Positions 1-11,740 of a DNA stretch of 64,000 nt are shown piece after piece. This DNA is from Phoronis australis (lineage: Eukaryota; Animalia; Phoronida). The notes under the pieces are model-generated. The model made no database searches and was not told the origin of the DNA. It was given only the letters and a program-made list of their open reading frames with translations. The DNA lies in assembly GCA_002633005.1 (NCBI GenBank), contig NMRA01000957.1:1-64000 (forward strand), written 5' to 3'. The position numbers were made by a program, and so were the translations under genes. Each line of letters begins with the position of its first letter. The first letter of the stretch is position 1.

Positions 1-479
1 TGACGTCCACCGTAAAATCAGCAAAGAAAATCCAAGTTTTTAAATTATTTTATTAGAAGTCTTAGTATTATTGCTGTCACATGTAATTACTAGCACCGAT
101 CATCCTGGCATCGGTTGACCAGAAACCCGGAATGCGAGGGATAAAAGTTGTCTTTATGGTTACTTTAAAAGTTTGTGTGTCCGAGCAACCCTCAGCAGTC
201 ACGTGCTGGTGGCATAAATGTATTATCAAGCGCCATTTTCACCATTCGCTAGTTGTTGTTAGAGGCCGGAAATTTATTGCCGTGTGTCGGTAGAGTGCAG
301 TATAAAAGTCGGTTTGTTCAATCTACCGCTTACCGCGCATGCGCTACGCATGCCCAACACGAAACCGTGGACTCTTGTATACTGTACTGTACGTAACGTG
401 TTTGGATTAGTGCTTGCGTCTGGCAATAGACTTTGAAAACCGGAAATCTTCATCAGGAATTCATGATTAGAATTAGGTA

Positions 480-815
480 GTTGGTTAAAAGTGCATTTGC
501 TAGATGTGAGTGATGTTTTCCCGGTATCAGCCAATCAAAAAGTGAACAAGATAATTATTTTTAGATGAGGTTTATTGCATCAGCCAATAAGTATAGGAAC
601 ATCAGTGTATTTCACATTAAGTATACAGATGTATTATTTTTGAAAAAAATGAATTTTTTTCCATTTGATCATTCAAATACGGCGTGCAGTAGAGGCCGTG
701 GTGATATGCCTCAGTCGAGGTGAGTATTTTAATCCTCGATGCATACGCCTCGAGGGCCTGACTTGTTTGGAAATCTATTGCACAAGCTGGTATTATTGTT
801 TATGTAGTAATGTAG
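480..815 (+). repeat. Dispersed repeat, copy A (related copy at ~14850-15125)
   Basis: Shared blocks caaatac/tggcgtgcagt and ggaaa(t/c)ctattg(c/t)acaagctggtatt...tatgtagtaatgta occur in both places. Confidence 0.6.
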
Positions 816-2285
816 AGATTGAAATGATAAATGACTTTCAATAGAACATTCTTAAAATTTATGCATGATTGAAATTTCAATGCCGAAAGGAGGCTTGACC
901 AGCATAACACGGGTCTCCTCTGGCTAGCCCAGCCACGTTGCGTGAAGTTCGTGTTCTTGGTAACTATGCAACCGTTCAAGGAAGGTTTGGTGCGTTCGTG
1001 TATTTATGGTCCCCAATAATGACTTCATCAATTCGTGCTTTTAACTAGTTTCCGAAATGAGAGTGCGAGACAGCCCTGAGATCACTACAGTCGCCTCGGC
1101 GTGCTGCACAGAACAAAATTTGCCTTCACAGGAATCAATCCTACACAAGTATTTACAGTGACATTTAATAAGCAGCCAATATATAGCCAATAATGAATGT
1201 CTCGGTAAAAAAATGTATCTAAATTTGTGGAGCATTTGTGTGTGTTAGCTTTGCTCCGACTATTTCTCCAATAAGATCTTCCCTTCACGAGGTAACCTTA
1301 GTACAAAACAAATTATCCAATTAATTTCACATTCATGTAATTTTAAGCGAGCAATAAAACTGAATTCCTATCCATTTTGCTTCAACAATTGTTGTGTAGT
1401 TCAAGTATGTATTGTATGTATTATTTCAATAGATAATTAACATGTTTAATATATTATAAGAGATTTTTATGACTTGTAAAATAGAAAATATCTTTGAGTA
1501 TCTGTGTTTAAAACAGCCATCTGCACGGTCTTCTTTCTGCAAAAACAATATAAGTGTAAGAAGCACATCAGGAATGCTGAAACCGCTAAGTGATATGAAA
1601 GGAAAATTGTAAACGTTACTTGACTATTAAAGCATTTTTTGTCCAAAGCTAGTGTCGACATTTTCAAACTGCTGCGACACCTAGTGTCGTCTGCCGATCC
1701 TTAGGACTGTCGCCAATCAAAAAGACAATCAATTAAGGCGACCAGTGTAAATTAAGCACCGTCTTCAACAAAACCTAACTAAACATATAATCCTTTCACA
1801 TAGTCTGCTGTTGCCTGCTTGTATGTCAGTATGCCTCTTGGGACAATTGCATTGTTATTTTTAACAACGGTGGTCATAAGAGGTAAACATGTTTACACCT
1901 TTTTGAAAAGTAGCGTATTTTTGCGTAACCTGAAGCAAATGGAGTTATATAAGCATCAACCAGGATACTGATAACAGGTTTTGTTATGGATAACGGCGTT
2001 TTAGACCCGCGACATATCGCGCTCGTGCTGGGAGACCGGTTGTTTACTGAGCGCTCTTTGATCGACACTGCGGATTCCGAGTCTGTGCACGAGCGCACAA
2101 TGCAATGGGATATTTAGACGATCACTCTGTTATTTCGTTAAATGATCACAAGCTAGACTTTAGGGACTTTGTTTTTAATAAGAAAGTTCAAAGACAGCTT
2201 TTTGGTTGTTAGGAGGACCGGGCATGTTTGGCAAATGGCCATATCTAGCGTAAAAAGCAAGATGCAGTGGTAGCCTCACTTGTCA

Positions 2286-2768
2286 GGGCCCTGTTTCACA
2301 AAAAGTGACTGGAGACTTTTAAGTAAAGTCTTAAAACCCAACATTTGTCTAAGTTAAGAACAAATTCGGGCTTAATTAAGACCGAGGACGAAAATTCGGA
2401 CGCTTTTCTTGAAGACAGTCTGTTTTTAGTCTTCGTTCTGAACATAATAGAAAGTATGTCAGTTTTCGCATTAATTTTAACCATGCAAGCTACGTTTTCG
2501 CCACCTGTTGCAGATGCACAAAACAAAGCGAACGATGTGTAAAATCTTGTTTCAAAGGTATATTTGTGGCCTTTTAAGTGGAGATTTATGTACAACCTCG
2601 GGGAGCCATGATTACAATTGCAATATGGTTTATTTGACGAGGTAATGGTGCAATTGGACGACATGACTTCATATTTGCAGGTAAGTCGCACTGCATTGCC
2701 ACTTCCCAATTAGTCGAAAGCGGTCTTAGCTCACACGGATCTCGGTCGGAAATTTCATGAAACAGGGC
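2286..2768. mobile_element. PIF/Harbinger-like non-autonomous element (MITE)
   Basis: Terminal inverted repeats GGCCCTGTTTCACAAAA / TTTCATGAAACAGGGC, flanked by tca / tga. Confidence 0.55.
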
Positions 2769-2929
2769 TGAGACAGGTTGGTCTTTTCAAAGCGTTGCTG
2801 GTTCTAGTCTCTACCCTGATTCAATTTGAGACCTGTGCTCATTGATTAAAAAAGAAAAACGTCCGCCCGCACCAATTTCAGCCAAGGTTTCGTTTCCATG
2901 GGAGCAGCCATATTGAAGTAACTAAGCAC

Positions 2930-3168
2930 AACAATACAATCTGGCTCTCTGATTGGTCAATTCAATAGAAAAGCGCCACCAAGTGGCAGGAATGTGCATC
3001 ATATTTTGTGCAACAAAAACACCTTTTTTAAAAAAATGTGCAAGTGTAGACGTGGGAACTTTTTGGAAATTGATTTATAGGTATATTATCTAGCCACATA
3101 GAAAAAACTAGGTTGCCCCCCCAAAGTACTCACAAGGATGAACGCTATGAGATCTGGCCTACCGACTA
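2930..3168 (-). mobile_element. Terminal fragment of an Academ-like element related to 8490-11740
   Basis: The reverse complement resembles the left end of the 8490 element (catcct..gtga..ggggggcaac..tggctagat..tatacc; aagttcccacgt) and the fragment ends in ...CGACTA. Confidence 0.55.
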
Positions 3169-5206
3169 GTGTGCCATTTTATGCTCACAGATTTTGACCT
3201 AATGACGTCATATTGATATCAGTACTGACCCGAATGCTAGCCAATGATCTAAGTGAATGAATGGAGTTTACGAGTTCACCGCTAGGTGAAAAATGTAAAT
3301 GGCGAAGTACAAAGCGAACAGTAAAACGTCAAATTTTCAAGTGAATAAGTACTTTTGAAGGGCTTGATTTCGTTACATTCTATAGATAAATGTCGCATGC
3401 AATCGTAGTTTGGACGTGTGCAGGTCAATGCGAATGCGACATGTGCGACACTTTTAACGTACAGACTTCCAATCCCGTTAAGGACCCAGTGTTGGTTTAC
3501 TGACTAGTAACGCTTTACATACACAAGCATAACTGTATTCTTACTAGTACCACAGACACACAGGATGTGAGTATTTATACTTCTAAGCAAAACAATATTT
3601 TTCATATAGTAGCAAGTTGAATGTCCATAGTCACGTCCGTTTTATATGCGAATACTCAGTCTGTTAAATTATGATTTTCAAATACATCAAAAGGTTCGAA
3701 AATGACATTGCACAATTTGCTATGCTGAGAATTCTTTGACACAAAAGGAGAAAATTTCAATTACGCAAAAAGGAGTCGAACTAGACATGATAATTTTGGA
3801 ACTAATAATGCAATACGAAGCAGCAATATACATTACCTTTCAGTAACTTGTTGTACTGCACTGCGAAACAATTCATTCACAAAAGTCATCTGCTCAGGAC
3901 GTTTTAAAACGATGCAATCGGTTTGGGAGGACGATATTGTTGGATAGAATACACTGTTGTGGTTTTGTAATTTTTTGACTCTAAAAAATCAGCATATTGA
4001 TTTCAGTGAAAGTCAACAGTTTTTTAATATTCAGACTTAACGACCGCTTCACGAGTCACAAATCAAAATCGAAGTTACGACCGCCTCAGCTAAGACAAGA
4101 CTGACGGCCATTGAAAAATCGGGACCCAGGTCTTTATGACAGTGTAGAATTAGTTACTTAGCAGGCTTTGTGAATTAAAGGTATCTGTGTGAAGGATTTA
4201 TTTTGATTAAAATCACACGCGACCGGATCTTAACATGCCATGTGAGGTGGTTGCGTGTGAGGAACGGTGCACCACTGATAAAAAGTGTGAACACAATAAG
4301 GAGAAAACATGTAACCTAGGTAGACGGGAAGCGTAAAGCTAGTTCACGTTAGAGATTGATTATGTTGTAAAATGTGAAACAAATTCGCAATTTCAGAATT
4401 ATCGAAGCAAATCTCGTTTCAGTTGTTCTAAGTTAAGATAAGCCCATAAAAATGTTTTTGGCTTTACATCTTATTAAAATTTATACATCGTCTTGTTGCC
4501 GTGTCCATTATTAAGGGCCTGATCAGAAAAAATAGACTTTGGTCTTCACTAACCATTTCTGAACATTTTGAGTAGTACAGAACCCGAAACCCAGGTCATA
4601 ATAGCGCAACTGTAAATCCATACAATTAGAACGCTTTCAGTTTGCATGTGAGCTTAATTTGTGTCGTGTAGCCAGATCGCCTTACGTTAGCTGATCTGTG
4701 GTCAATACCGCTAATAAAAAAATACGACTGCAGCATACTGGCACTGGAATGGACGCAGTGAAAACGAAGACAAGTCCGATAATTAATCGACTGAGTGATC
4801 AGTGACAGTAGACTTGGCATGATAAAACTGAACGGGGAATTTTAATAAGAACTACGACAATACTGCAATGTGATGTAGGCCTACAATAGAAAATATTTCC
4901 GAATTTTAAGCCATTTAGTAAAATAGCAGAATTGAACAGCAGCTGATCCAATTTCCGAGATGGCCATCGGTATTTGTGCCATAACTGTAAAAAATGACTT
5001 TAACAATCTTGATTGTTTGAGCAATGACATAATTACCTAGGAATAAGAATAAATCGCTTACTGAGAGACGAATTAGTTGGATGTAGACGTTTCGGCCTGG
5101 TGCGCCAGGCCTTTGTCGATGAGGGGTTTCCCGCCTTTCGCGTAGTGAATATGTTGGAGTACCTAAAGTTTTAGCAAGGTAGCCTGTTGAATGTTACAAA
5201 TGGCAG

Positions 5207-5856
5207 TGTCACGTTTTTCCCCGTTTGTGAGTGGGCGCAGATTGTTACTGACCGGTGCTAATACCTTTCGGTGCGACGATAGACTGAAGACTAGTAAATA
5301 ACTTATTAATCTCGACCGCACGTTCACAAGCCTACTCAAACAAAACGTCCGACGTAATAGCTGTTCTACGCTCCAGCCAGTGCTGCGAAGCCTTGGCTTG
5401 TGATGAACTTCTGAGACACGTTCGGCAACTCAATTGTAACTCTCCAGTAACTGACATTCAACTTTTAACTCCTTAAACTATCAACTGTTGAACTCTGAAC
5501 TGTTGAACTTTGAACTGTTGAACTCTGAACTGTTGATTAACTAAAACTGACTAATACAAACCCGTGCCTAGGTATTTATAGACTAATGCAATATTCTAGA
5601 ACTGTTCACCAATTCAAGCACATTCTAGAACTTTCCTGAATCTACCCAATCATTCTACAAACATATACTAGTCTCTAGAATATTCCAGATTACATTAATC
5701 ACTCACGTGCTAGAGTCTCCTAGAAAGTTCCACACTAATCTGTAGTAAACAAATTACATCATCACTGTACTGACCTCACGGGTCATGCCAATCATAACAC
5801 AAACAGAACAACAAAACAAAATAAAACCAAGAACAGTGTCAGTCCAAACTCTAACA
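5207..5856 (-). mobile_element. Solo LTR (650 bp)
   Basis: TG...CA termini (TGTCAC...CTAACA) with a perfect 5-bp TSD GGCAG (5202-5206 and 5857-5861). TATA box on the minus strand (ctataaatacc, ~5571-5581). Internal 15-bp tandem repeat aactgttgaactctg (~5483-5535). Confidence 0.85.
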
Positions 5857-5981
5857 GGCAGGTGAAACTGTGCCAGGTTGTATCGACGTAAACGAAAAAA
5901 AAAACGCTGGGAATTTCCTTATATACGTGTACGCCTCACACAGGTTAAGCAATTGCTACAATTTGTAGATCCACACCGCCA

Positions 5982-6060
5982 ATGCAGATGGATATTATCT
6001 CTGGTAACCAATTAGTCAATGACGAATTCCGACCAATTTGTCTTACGACATATGTCTGCA
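5982..6060 (+). CDS. Candidate first coding exon of the Go-opsin-like gene (N-terminus and first half of TM1: MQMDIISGNQLVNDEFRPICLTTYVC)
   Basis: The ATG-initiated frame ends in phase 1 at a GT donor (A|gtaccg, 6061), matching the phase-1 acceptor at 13914. The joined protein reads EFRPICLTTYVC-T-MCGSIGN, the same EFR-to-GN spacing as scallop Go-opsin as I recall it. An acceptor cacag|G lies upstream at 5943. The donor is weak, so this exon is tentative. Confidence 0.4.
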
Positions 6061-6329
6061 GTACCGCTGCGCTATTGATTGTGGACTTATTCAAATCATT
6101 TAAGCTACCAAGATACCATGTGAGCGGTTCGCAACGACAGGGCCCAAGGGCGTCTCTAAAAGAATTGTCAGACATTTTTATCTAGTCTGGTAAAGCAACA
6201 AGTCCCCAGTGTTGGGTGTTTTTATCGACTGTAAATAACCGGATCTGATCAGATAAGATCATGACAACAAATGTAAACCGACTATGTAGTCAAACCACAC
6301 ACGTGAAATGTACGGAGTTGCTGGTAAAT

Positions 6330-7155
6330 ATGGCGACTCTGAAAAAGATATGGTCTTAATCATAATACAATGAAATGGGGTTTTTGTGCTCGTCCGGTGT
6401 CCGGCGCCGCTAGTGATATTTAAACCTCTTTTTAAATGTCTACCAAGTTCCTTGATGGATGTTCATGAAATTTGTTCTATCTGTCTGGCTACAGTGGCGT
6501 CCCTAGTGGCAATTTTGTTTTTTTTTTTGGCAGATGCAATGCTGCCTACCAATTAAGTTCACCCGGGTTCTGATTCTGTAGGTAGATCTCGAAATAATTA
6601 CGTGAATGTGGTGTGCGTGTCCTTTGTCTGTTGTACATTGCTTCTGTGTCCGCTAATCCGCTTGAGGACTCATCATGATTTAGATGTGTTCCTGTTGGGG
6701 ACAGCATGTTCGTCATCAACTTTCTGACATATCCAACTACAGTGGTATCGCCTCATGACAAAATTAAATTTCTTTGTCTCGATATCTACCAAACTTTTCA
6801 TGGATCTTCGGCTTAAGTGATCCAACTGATAGCGCGGATGCCATTCATTTTTATAGAGATTCGACTACTACGCCGTTCCGTATTAGCAATTTTGTTTTCG
6901 CTCCACGTTCATAAAGTTTGACATATGTGTTCTTCTTAAGGAGAGCAGGGCTGGTGTTGATTTTGGCACCAATCTGACTGCTGTGGTGGCACCTTATAGC
7001 AATTTGTGTTATCTTTGCGTCTTCTTGATTATTCTACCAAGTGCTGATAGAACATCATGAAAGTTGGCTTGAACGTTAAGGAAAGCACCGGTGATGCAAT
7101 TCAAATATTCTCATGGTGGCTGCATATCGGCGTTCCACCTGCGCTGTTCTTGTTT
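6330..7155 (+). mobile_element. Helentron-associated (HINE/DINE-like) non-autonomous element with degenerate internal tandem units
   Basis: A short tccg-type microsatellite near the start, recurring units (accaa..tggat..tcatgaaa.ttg; ccctagtggcaatttt) and a ...ttcttgtt end. Related units recur at ~61760-62030 and 63800-64000. Confidence 0.45.
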
Positions 7156-7605
7156 ACAGTCCGAATAACGCAGAGGCCATTTCGCCAATTAAATAATTTC
7201 TGAAACAAGCAAGGTAGGTATTGGCTTTGTTGAACGAAGTGTTAGCTTTAAAGCTAATAAATATCTGAAAGAAATCTTTTAATCCTCAAGTTTCGCTTTG
7301 TATCGAATCTGCATAGCAAGTGTAGAAGCTGACTTTAAAGCAAAAGATACCAAGTACTGTACCTGTTTTGACTCATCACTTCCTCTTAGTCCGTTCACAA
7401 AATTGCTACAAATCTATCTTCAGTGCCGGATTAAAGGAGAATGCCACCCATTTAATTTGTCTTTTTTACCGTCTTAATCGATCTATATCCACATCACCTC
7501 GTATACCGTCGATCTTACCTCGCCAAGAGGTGTCGCGTTCAGCTGTGAGGAAGGTGTGAAACGACGCAAGGACGTCAGTGGTTCTTCTGCAGAGGGAGTT
7601 CCGCT

Positions 7606-7760
7606 ATGGTGTGGTGTATTATTCCCGCTTGTGCCAGAACTATGAAGCTGCGAGGAAAGCGGGTATATCGTTTTTTCGATTTTCTCGACAGTCCATAATG
7701 CTTCGGAAGTGGCTCGCGACAGTAAAGAATGAAAAGTACGTCGTTAATACCAAGTATGAA
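7606..7760 (+). pseudogene. THAP zinc-finger N-terminus of the Kolobok transposase (frameshifted)
   Basis: MVWCIIPAC / QNYEAARKAGISFFRFSRQSIMLRKWLATVK matches the THAP pattern C-x4-C...SFFRFP...KW. Confidence 0.75.
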
Positions 7761-7872
7761 GCCGTGAAACTTCTCCTTGTCTGTCAGTGGCCTGAATTTC
7801 GTCGAATCGGCTGTTGATCAATTTTTGATTATGGAGAATTGTAGTTCCCCATGAAAACACAAACAGTTACAA

Positions 7873-8347
7873 TTAATTCAAGGCGTGAGAACATAACGTT
7901 TTATATATTCTGTATGATGACTGACTGGTTCGTGAGGCTTCTGTTTGGTCCTCTGGATGTAGGATGTTTTCGCTAGATCTTTTCTCAGACCCAAAAAACG
8001 TCTTAAGCACACCTATGTTTAGATGCGGTGCAAAGTCAGGATGGTCTGTGAGAAACATCGTCGCTTCTCCAAGAAGGCGTTTCACTTGCGAAATTTTGTG
8101 GCAGCAAACGCAAGCGTCAGTCGTTTCCATTATCAGGTGCACTAGCTCACTGACGCCGTGACACGTCATTCAAACGGTTTTTGTAACTATCCATATGTTC
8201 CGTTGCCTGTGCACGTTCACGGAGCCTCTCTAGTATTTCTTGATCAGTGTATTCCGGTTCGAACTGATTGCCTGTGAAACCTGACGATCGACCTGTGATG
8301 TCTTCGTCGGATGAGCACTGGTCTACGTTGGGATTGCGAGTTGCCAC
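7873..8347 (-). pseudogene. KolX-like / P2X7 C-terminal 'ballast'-like cysteine-rich protein (frameshifted)
   Basis: NQFEPEYTDQE..., RLNDVS, METTDACVCCH, TDHPDF and LNIGVL match the YxFEP / M-x5-CxCC / ITxHPGF / CLN..VL motif series of this family. It is convergent with the THAP remnant. Confidence 0.7.
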
Positions 8348-8489
8348 GTTGACGTATATTATTGTGCGTTCTGTTTCAAAATGAATTAGGTATTCTCACC
8401 CTAACCAATGCTTATATAAAACTGAAACAAAGTCTGTCTCATTAGATACAATTTGCAATGCCTTGGACTGTTCGTGAGTGCAAACGTTT

Positions 8490-11400
8490 TAGGCCATGGG
8501 CCGTAGCTCCAGTCTTTTCATCCTGTGACCATTTTAGGGGGGCAACTTTAATTTTTCTGTATGGCTAGATATACCATTAAGCAATTGATACCTGAGAAGT
8601 TCCCACGTTTTAAGTTGCACATTTTTTGTAGAAAAACAGTTTTTGTGAGTCCAAATGTTACATTATCGAACAAGAGGTAGCGCTAAATCCAACAAAAGAC
8701 TAGCACAAGATGGCATTTTAGCCAATCACAAGATCAGAAATTTAGTAACTGCAGACCTAATCTAACATGGCGGCTTCCTTAAAGATGCTGTCAATAAATG
8801 CTGCATACACTTTCAAGCACTAAATTCATCTGATTTGCTGAGTTTCTCGAAAGTGACATGGGCAAAGAGCACTGGCTGAGTGAATTAATGACTTTCCCTT
8901 GGAGATGAAGACAGTAATGAGCACAATGTGTGTCACCAGTTGGCATTTGCATCAAGTAACTTCAGGGATTGGCGTGGCTGTGGGATTCAGGCAGTAGTAT
9001 CACAAATCATGTTATACAAGCTTACTCTTACAAAGATTGAAAGAGGAAAGAGGCAAGATAACCTATAAAGTATGCCGAGAATAGAACCCCCTGATTACGA
9101 CGAAGATGATGGTGAGTGTTAAATTTTTCGTGGGAGTATGATAAATTGATGCAAGTCACTGAGTCAGTGCCTCAGTAGGAAACAGGTCACTTCATACCCA
9201 AATCAACATGTACCCAAGTCAAATTTCAAAAGTATTTCAAAACTGCGTAATTTGGCAAAGCAGTGATTAAAATCAATCAATCGTGCCATATTTATGAAAA
9301 ACGACTCAATATTACCCGTTATTTTATTGAATGAAAATGAATATTTATTAGTAATGTTTTTACCACGGGTACTAGTTGACTTGGGTGCGAGTTGGCTAAG
9401 GTACGAACTGATTGGAAAACCCTCATATGCACAACTCGTAAAAAGACTGTGTTCCCTGGATTCTGTGTCTGGCCTGCTTGTGTTTGGATCGATCATCCAG
9501 ATAATTCACTGAATGATCGGCCCGTGTTATGGCATTCGAACGCAGGTAAGGCACATGATCCAATAACAAGATAACCATTTTCTTCAGTGTACATTGTTAT
9601 TTTCTCAGTAACCATAATTCTGGGCATGGTGTAAGATATCTATCAAAATTATACTTTTTGTAATGTCCAGGGATGGAGGAGAGGTAATCTCCATACTCGA
9701 AGCTCAGCTCGAAAACTAACCAATTGCATGTCAATTCACTTGAATTGTGCAATGTGGATAGTTAGGCTTTGAGTCTGAGTTTGGAGATTACACCATGGGC
9801 CCAGGTGATTGGCCATCAATGTCATTATTGAAATCAAATAGATGTTGGAATGCCGTGCGGTCACCGATGAATAAAAATATAAAATAGTCCATAGCACACC
9901 CTTGACAAAGAGCGCATCGCTCAAAACGTGGGGATATTTTAATATATTTTACTACCGACCCTCGTCCTTTTACTATGGTGTTTTACTATAGTTCTACTAT
10001 AATGTAATTATTGACTACAGAATGCACCTATATCTGGAGCATCACCTTTAACATTTTCAAGCTACCTTTACTCTCAGGTTTTGCTAAGAGGCGCATAGGT
10101 GCCTGAATTTCAGATTTAGGTGCAGCTTCACACATACGGTTGAAGAATAATAAAACACATAGCAAATATTTTGAGAACAGTCATTTTTTTGAGTTTTTAC
10201 TCATTCAACATAGTTTGTTGTTGGTTTGCTTTCAAAGAAATTTTGTACAGTGTTTTTGGAACACTATATTCAAAAGTTCTACTTTTATGTGTTTTTTTGA
10301 AATAACAAAATTTATTTGAGTGAAAGTACAATTTAGAATAATTGCATGATTGTAAAGACTTGTGTGCATAAATGAAATTGTATTTTAATTTTCAAACAAA
10401 AATTTGTTTTCAAGACCATTTTGCATAGAAACCATGGGTATCTTTTTCACTTTTGAGCACAACACGTTAGGCCGTGTATATGCATGTCTTATTTTGAGTG
10501 TTTACAATCTGTCTTTTGATCATTCTTTTAACTTCCAATCAATTGTTGCACTAAAGAATTGAGTTCATGTCAACATCTATCATTTTTAGAACAGGCCTAT
10601 AATGCTTTCCATATTTTTAAACTCTGACATCGGTTTTTATTTTTGATTTGCTTGGTTATAGGTGGGTTGTTTTTGGATGCTGCTATGGCAGGAAATGGCA
10701 TGGACCTTTTGATCATAGTACAGGGAAGAGGTCTGGTAGCACTCGAAGTCAAATACCATCGTTCTTGCTACAAAAGCTTCACAGAAAACTAACGATAGTG
10801 AAATTTTCACACATGTACTTCAAGAGTTTTGCTTTGAAGTTGTGGAGCAACGAATAATCTCGAATGGGGAAATATTGCATTTGACTTTGTTAAAGTCACT
10901 CCTTGAAGAAACTTTATCCAAAAAGAGGTTGTAATGTATGTGTCCGAACTAGAAATCTGAAATTGAAATTACCCTATTCTTACAATTCCTTAGTTCAAAA
11001 CAGAATCAGAGTGAATTGTTATTAAACAAACAATTGTTCTTCTGTAAATGTTGGACTAAAATGCACTGAAATGTGCAAGTGCCAAAACTGTGGGAATGTC
11101 AAAGTTAGTGATGAAATTGATGAGAAACAGTGTGATGGACTTGCATCCCAGCCGGAGGAACTTGGATAGACATCTCATCAAGTGACAGAAACCAGACTAG
11201 TAGCTGGTCCAGTGAGCCTGGTGATTTGTAAAACATTTTTCTATTTTCATATTTACATCTCTAGTAATGGCTTTTTATCTTGTTAATTTCTCGGCATTTT
11301 GTACTTCATCCAATTGCATTTGTTGCTATTCTATACTTTTTGTCCTCATTTTTTGAAAAATTGTATACTTTGGACTTGTAGCAGTCATTGTTTTTGTATG

Positions 11401-11740
11401 ACAGATTAGTAAATATGTGATAAAATAAAAGTGAGTCATAGACAGTTTGATAAACACAACAACGTTTGTGTTTATTATAACTTAATATAGCCTGTAGGAA
11501 TATTATCTGCAGTATCATCCTTTATGGTCACTTAATTTTCTTCTTTTCTAACTTTTTTAATTCCATGTAAAATTTGATGAATCGGCACAATTTTAGCATC
11601 AAAAGTTTAAACGTGGGAACTTTTTTGATTCATAAAGTAGAATGATTTGTGACAACAAAAACACCTGAATTAAATTGCCCCCCAAAAATGGTCACAGAAG
11701 TGGTTTTATAGGCATCCTGTGGCCTGCGGCCCATGGCCTA
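8490..11740 (+). mobile_element. Academ-like DNA transposon (degenerate), nested in the Kolobok element
   Basis: TAGGCCATGGGCCG / CGGCCCATGGCCTA termini with long imperfect TIRs (gtgaccatttt.ggggggcaa; aagttcccacgttt) and a 3-bp TSD TTT. Internal exon-like remnants: PHD-like WRGC..Q*YHKSC (~8970-9015) and GLVALEVKYHRSCYKSFT (~10730-10783). Confidence 0.75.

Noticed and set aside
430-460. Second hammerhead (ctgatga on the minus strand)
   Set aside because: There is no GAAA box and no convincing stem II.
2581-2680. Hydrophobic frame EIYVQPRGAMITIAIWFI as opsin TM1, with the phase-1 donor at 2681
   Set aside because: There is an in-frame TGA before the donor, and the segment lies inside a Harbinger-like MITE.
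9072-9111. MPRIEPPDYDEDD phase-1 exon as the opsin start
   Set aside because: It lies inside the Academ element and supplies no TM1 residues.
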